Source: Asterionella formosa (taxonomy: Eukaryota). Taken from it: a DNA stretch of 38,301 nt. The position numbers and the translations under genes are program-made. Shown one piece after another: positions 32,984 through 38,301 of the stretch. Location: assembly GCA_002256025.1 (NCBI GenBank), contig NKIB01015098.1:1-38301 (forward strand), written 5' to 3'. Position 1 is the stretch's first letter. Each line of letters begins with the position of its first letter. Under the pieces are notes generated by a model. It ran no database searches. It was not told the DNA's origin and was given only the letters and a program-made list of their open reading frames with translations.

Positions 32984-33213
32984 CTTTTTGACCTTCTCAC
33001 ACAGTTTGTCACTTTAGTTCTACACAACCTTGGATCCTTCTACATTCTGTAATCTTCTGGACCTTTCTAGTATTCATCTAACTTTTTATTACCTTCTATT
33101 TAAGGTTGCGGCCCCGCAGTTACAAATTGCGAGCAATCCACACATCACGAACAAGTAAATAAAATAGTTAAAGGTAAAATTAGCTTTCACCATTACAACC
33201 ACTTTGCATATGT

Positions 33214-33616
33214 TTAGATACTGTCATTGCTCGACTTAGGGGTATGATCTATATACAGATATGGACTCATTCCTGCTTCGTGACAACCAAGAACAAATAT
33301 GATATTGATTGCAAAGTGTTCTGATTGATTGCCTTTCTCATAATTTCCTTCTTTGCTTTTGCAAATTACAGGTTCAATATACTTTCTTTCATCACATTGA
33401 GCACACGTAATTGAAATTCGGCTAGCAATGCCAAGAAATTGACTAACATTGTCGGCAACAATCAGCCTTGTTATCTGTGAAGGAGATTCCGACGACTCTG
33501 TGCTGTAAGTTTTTTTCGTCAAACCAAATGGTTTCATAAGGCGCCTCTTTGCGTGTGCGCCGTCCTTCGCCACCATTTGCAATCGAGAAACGGAGACAGG
33601 TACCTGAACCTTTCAT
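33214..33616 (-). pseudogene. Kolobok transposase, N-terminal remnant
   Basis: LGIASRISITCAQC...FAINIIFVLGCHEAGMS matches the GLAS.L...CxxC...YxIN...V......G.G block of Kolobok ('Mutator-like') transposases. The DDE core is deleted. Confidence 0.75.
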
Positions 33617-33804
33617 ATTTTTGCAACTAGTACTAATGATGTAATAAATTTATGTTCTTTAATTTTTTAATGCCAACGATTAAAAGCTTTGATTTTTTAT
33701 TGATGGTTTTTAACGTTATAAAGGCTGAGAATATTTTCAGCAATGCGATGACAATGACAAGTTCAAATATAAGCAAACTAATAAAATTAATAGATGACTA
33801 ACAG

Positions 33805-34249
33805 TCATTTGCTACTATGTTTAAACTTTTTAGATACTGGTTGGAAACCAGTGTACTCTTCTTTGTGATCCTTATTCTTGAGAAGCGAACAAACCCCCTT
33901 CAGGCAACAATCTGGAAGTTCCATACGGATGCCTTTCCCAAGTGAGCCACAGAATGTCTTGACCAGAAACTTGTATATAAGGTTTCTTCCTTGGCCCGGC
34001 GTGATAACATCTTCGTCAAGTCGAAGCTGAACCAAGTCTGCTTCCATGTATTGTTCAACTAACTCCTCCATCTTGTCCCATCGACATTGACACTCTGGGC
34101 ATGCAAAGTCACAGCATTCGCAGAAGATGCGATTCCCACAGCCTGCAACCTTCAGATTCGACAATGTCACGATCAATACAAGTGGGGCATGGAACATGAT
34201 TTTATGGAAGTGGATTGGCATTCAGTGGGGGAGATCCAACAGAACTCAT
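33805..34249 (-). pseudogene. KolX accessory protein (related to the P2X7 C-terminal 'ballast' domain)
   Basis: Cys-rich region followed by RNLIYK......GSLGKGIRMELPDCC...V......YTGF. The likely original ATG at 34249 is followed by a stop and a frameshift. Confidence 0.75.
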
Positions 34250-34695
34250 GGTTGATTGTTGCGTTGTTCGATGTTTGCAGAGAGGAGAACCAATATTGCA
34301 TTATAGAAGCAGGATGACTACCAGTACATGCTCGAGGTATACTATATAGTAGCTAGTATATACATGTGCTCTGGTGGGGAGTAAAATTATATCTATATTG
34401 AGCAAGGTAGATAGTATAACATAAATGTCTTCATTCATTTTGAAATGGAACTCTATCAATGTGGCGCCATTTTCTACTTAATTTGGGAATACACAGAAAA
34501 AATTCCCTGTTCCACGCCGTTTTTACAACCCTATCGATTTTTTCTCCAAACTAGGCAGGGTTAAGCCGAGGGCCGCAACCTTAAGACTCAATCTCTTATA
34601 CATGCATATCACTACATCATCAAGTGATATACTGACTGTGACGTATGCAATTTGATTGCTCAGAGCAGCCGATTTACGAACTTTCTCAATATAAC

Positions 34696-34741
34696 GACTT
34701 GCTGGTAATTAGGGCAACCTGAAAGTGCTTACCAGCAAGTC
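34696..34741 (+). other. Strong hairpin with a GCAA tetraloop
   Basis: GACTTGCTGGTAA/TTACCAGCAAGTC (13 bp perfect) encloses TTAGG-GCAA-CCTGA and a 6 nt bulge. Confidence 0.75.
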
Positions 34742-36013
34742 ATTGGTTTCAGCGAGATCTCAGTCTGCTCCACCAAAAACGATACCCCCAATTTCTCGGA
34801 GCAGTCAAGTCAGAAGGAGATATAGAGGATTAGTCAACTAGTTTTCAGTCTGAATGTCAAAACTTGTTTTTAGTTGCGGCATCTGAATCTTATTTGTACA
34901 TGTCAAGTGCTCCATGTGAGCCCAAAAACCTTTTTTTAAACTTAGTTGCCAATTTTAATCTTTCTATATGTAATGTATACATGATTCTGTAGCTTACAGC
35001 AAGCCGCACAGTAGGGCAACTGAGCCAGAGAAAATCGTAGGAGTCAAAATGGCCCCGGATAAATTTGAATTATGGATGCAACTGTTGTTGGACTGAGGGA
35101 GTACCAGGGTTACTATAGGTAGAGGGTTCGAATGATTAGATACAGAGTACTCCACCTTGTAACTGGTACACCGTACCAGGTACCAGGTACTGGACACCGG
35201 TATACCATGTGATGAGCTATGTTCATATTGCCCGTGGATGATGAATGCCTGATCAGAGCTCAAACTCGATGCGACGAAATGTTAGTCGCGCGTACTTTTC
35301 AATAAGTAAGCGAATTTCGCAAAAGAGCGCGCGACTAGAATTTTGCAAGATTTTTGTAAGAAGAAAAAGCGAGGTCTGTGCACAATACACATAAGGGATT
35401 TTCCACGTACTTCCCTGGCCTGACCACGTGAGGCATGTTGCCTTCGTCAGACAGCCAGCTGTCGAACTGCAACGTCAGCACTGAGAAGTAAAGTTCGCTG
35501 TTCGCTGTAGGACTACCGATACCGATACCCCGGTACCTCTTACATATCAGCATTGAAAAACAAACGTTCTCTCGCTTGAGTGACCAAAACTTGGGCATGA
35601 TTCACGCGACGCGACAGTCGCCCACGATGAGGATCCGTTCCAGCCGTGAATACACACGACTTTATTACTTACACCAACATGTGTAAACAAAATGTTTTAC
35701 TGATGGGTGAACGGACACCCATCGCTAATTATTATTAGACTACCGGTACTTCTTTTTTCTATTATTTATGATTACATGGTAAGTACTGGAGTCTTATCAG
35801 GAACCAACTCGAAGGCATCATTGCCGTTGTTAATGGCTATTCCTACGTTCGAGACGGCTTCTAATAAGTCTTCGTTGAGAATACTGTTCTCTTTTGCAAT
35901 TCGAATAACGAGACTCACACAGTTTCTAAAACGAGAGATTGACACACTACATATCCAAATCAGTATAATCCCGTACTTGTCACCATACATTCTCTACCTG
36001 ATACTAACAATAG

Positions 36014-37099
36014 ATGACCCCAATTCAAGTTCGTCAGGCGGAGATGCTTGAAACGATGACATCGAGTCTCATCGATCGCGACGCAGAAACTGCCATTCCA
36101 AGAAATGACGCAGTCAAGCAGCAGTTGATTGACAATGAAGGGAATACTTCTAGCTCCACATTATCACTGGAGCCGACGTTGGGCTCTGATTATTCGGAAT
36201 GCGACGAACCGTTGGCCAACCGCAGCGAAGCGAAGCAGGAAGAATCGTATGTTGTCGCTCCCAACGAAAGCGATCAAAATACCTTGCAGACAAAGGTCTT
36301 AAGTGCGTCCTTTGGCCACGTCTATCCCGAGGAAGCCCACCTCATCAAGTCAAGTTCCACAGGCGACCTTCCGCGCTTAGCCATGAGAGACACAAGGACA
36401 CGCTCCTTGTCAAATCCAGTTCTTACCATTCAGCAACAGGCCAACTTTATCAAGAACCGCGGCATTTTGGTCGTCAAGACACAAGCAGATTCACTGCACT
36501 TGGAGAAAAATGACTCCACCTACAGAGATATGCGCCGTCGGAGGCGCAAAAATCTAACTGGAAAAGGCGTCCAATTTGGAGTCTGCGAAATTAGAGAATT
36601 CCCTGTTACGCTAGGTGACAATCCCGGGGGGAATAGGGGACCACCTCTTACCCTGAGTTGGGACCACCACGGGACCGTTAGCATGCCCGTCGAAGAGTTT
36701 GAATCTCAACGTCCGCCTCGACGAACCGGATCTCAAATGAATCTCCCTCTGTCGGTTCGCGAAGATATGCTGCGCAATGCCGGCTTTTCGCGGGGGGAGA
36801 TCCAAGCGGGGTCGAAGGAAGTGAATAAATCCAGAGTGCAGAGAAGGCGAACTAAAGAATTGCTTCATTTGACTGTACTGCAAGAACTGACGGAGAAGCT
36901 ATCGCGCGGCTCTAGCAACGCTATTTTTCGACGTGGAAAGAAAAAGCAGGAGCGAACATACTTGCAGCATGCGATGGAGGCACACCGAATGAAAGTGCTA
37001 CAGGAAGAATCAGAGGATGCACTAATTGACGAGCTGCATGTTTCGACCATTAGTGGGAACGAGGAGAAACCATCTGAGGATGATGACTGTCTCTTATAG
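36014..37099 (+). CDS. Uncharacterised diatom-type protein (361 aa) with an RVxF-like motif and 'LGDNP..GPP' domain
   Basis: Intact ORF. KGVQFGVCEIREFPVTLGDNPGGNRGPPLTLSW...VEEFE..RPPRR...REDMLR..GFSRGEI...R.QRRRT. Confidence 0.85.
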   Translation: MTPIQVRQAEMLETMTSSLIDRDAETAIPRNDAVKQQLIDNEGNTSSSTLSLEPTLGSDYSECDEPLANRSEAKQEESYVVAPNESDQNTLQTKVLSASFGHVYPEEAHLIKSSSTGDLPRLAMRDTRTRSLSNPVLTIQQQANFIKNRGILVVKTQADSLHLEKNDSTYRDMRRRRRKNLTGKGVQFGVCEIREFPVTLGDNPGGNRGPPLTLSWDHHGTVSMPVEEFESQRPPRRTGSQMNLPLSVREDMLRNAGFSRGEIQAGSKEVNKSRVQRRRTKELLHLTVLQELTEKLSRGSSNAIFRRGKKKQERTYLQHAMEAHRMKVLQEESEDALIDELHVSTISGNEEKPSEDDDCLL

Positions 37100-37139
37100 A
37101 ATTACTAAACTTGGTAAATGACACAGAACAAGCATTCCA

Positions 37140-37500
37140 AATTAGTGATCTTTGAATACTGTTTCATGATGACAGTCTGTTGGCATGTTGTGTATTAAAC
37201 AACTGTGTACACAACAAAAACTCTCAGATGGGACAGTATACTACCGCTTGTTTCACCCAGACAACGAACATGGTAAACCTGCCATTCAGAACCTTGTAAA
37301 TTCTGCCAAACAGCGGTGCAAGGACAAAAATTCTACTGGAACTACGTCTGTAGAGATAGATCGGATCAATTTCTATTATCGTGTTACTATAATCTCCAAA
37401 GATGACGGTACAAAAACAATTTTAAGATGTAATCCAAAATGGAACAAATAGGACAAGAGTCTTCATCAATCAAATTCTTGGTTTGATTGGGTTGAAGGAC
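37140..37500 (+). pseudogene. Probable C-terminal fragment of a Plavaka-like transposase
   Basis: ILRCNPKWNK*......NSWFDWVE resembles the 'R.HP.Y....W.DW' tail of Plavaka-type transposases. It abuts the element-end repeat. Confidence 0.5.
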
Positions 37501-37530
37501 ATGATCATAATTCTAATCACAAGCATTGTT

Positions 37531-38261
37531 CAAAATAAAAAGTATCATGCATATAGAATCGAGGGTATCATACGCTAGTAAGTGGCACAGGATTTTCGTA
37601 TATATGATAATTTTTGGATCAAAACTATGATCAAGGTATCCTATAACTATGATGATTTATCAATATTTTACCGACCTTGAAGTATAATGATAATAAGAAC
37701 ATTGTCATCACACAATGTATATCAACTGATCAACAACATTTCCCATCAATATCATAAACCTTCTCATTTTATTTTCACTTCTCATGATCGCCCGATGTAA
37801 ATTATAACTACAACGTATCCTAAAACCAGCTCAACTCTATGCTATCATGTGAATTGTTTCATCGTAAATCTATTGTAAACATGATCATAATTCTAATCAC
37901 AAGCATTGTTCAAAATAGATTAAAATGGATCGTAATTTAACTATCAAGTTAAGCAATGCTATCTATTAATCTACATACCAGCGACCCAACGTTTCTCTCT
38001 CTACTCGGCTCAATGTATATTCCTTTCTTGCTCTTTCTTCCTCTGATCTGAATCGTGTGCGAGGCAGTGCCTTACTGATGCTGCGTCTCTTTCCCTGCTG
38101 TAAGTGTCATTCTGAACTTGCCGACTATTCCGTTGTTTGATTGTTTTTATTGTCCTATGCATGCAGTTACAGTTACAATGAGAAGGAATGGTTTGTTAGC
38201 TAGTCATGTTACATTGACACAAGAACACGCAATTCCATCGTATCCTCTTGCTTCACTTACC
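37531..38261 (+). mobile_element. Second copy (inverted) of the Plavaka-like element end at 30148-30886
   Basis: The reverse complement aligns colinearly over ~730 bp, from CAAA(A)TAAAAAGTATCATGCATATAG to CTTCACTTACC. Confidence 0.92.
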
Positions 38262-38301
38262 ACAAATCAATGCAACTGATGCATAAGTCTGTAATAGTAA
38301 C

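Larger units (their letters stand above)
33104..34580 (-). mobile_element. Kolobok DNA transposon, internally deleted (1477 bp)
   Basis: TTAA TSD at 33100-33103 and 34581-34584. Perfect 11 bp TIR GGTTGCGGCCC/GGGCCGCAACC with RR...YY termini. Carries KolX and transposase N-terminal remnants. Confidence 0.88.

Noticed and set aside
1..38301. tRNA/rRNA genes and a Fanzor/TnpB nuclease
   Set aside because: No cloverleaf, rRNA signature or RuvC/zinc-ribbon motif set was seen by eye. tRNAscan-SE and HMM searches would be decisive.

Overview
Eukaryotic nuclear DNA, most likely from a diatom. This is inferred from the short GT-AG introns, a bipartite signal-peptide protein, a diatom-type RVxF/'LGDNP' protein family, and diatom-type Copia and Plavaka relics. 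Positions 1.3-22.3 kb are a compact host gene block: ZW10-like, STIMATE-like, RanBP2-ZnF RecQ helicase, cytosolic valyl-tRNA synthetase (1 intron), an unknown Cys/basic protein, an alpha/beta hydrolase, mitochondrial bL19, and a signal-peptide-bearing single-domain NSF-like AAA ATPase (1 intron). Positions 22.3-35 kb and 37.1-38.3 kb are mostly decayed transposons: a ~7.3 kb Plavaka (CMC)-type element with extra genes, a Copia RT/RNase H 3' fragment, an internally deleted Kolobok (TTAA TSD, TIRs, KolX) and several tandem repeats. Three observations are least explained by standard features. (i) An ~88 bp MITE inserts into NAC-CWG-RTA sites, and the intergenic DNA is saturated with TACCWGGTA/TACCGGTA palindromes and 3-7 bp micro-duplications. 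(ii) A ~190 nt repeat present twice has GNRA-capped hairpins and compensatory base changes, making it a candidate structured RNA. (iii) The Plavaka element carries a spliced accessory gene whose last exon is conserved in a second copy. All family assignments come from motif recognition by eye; no searches were run.
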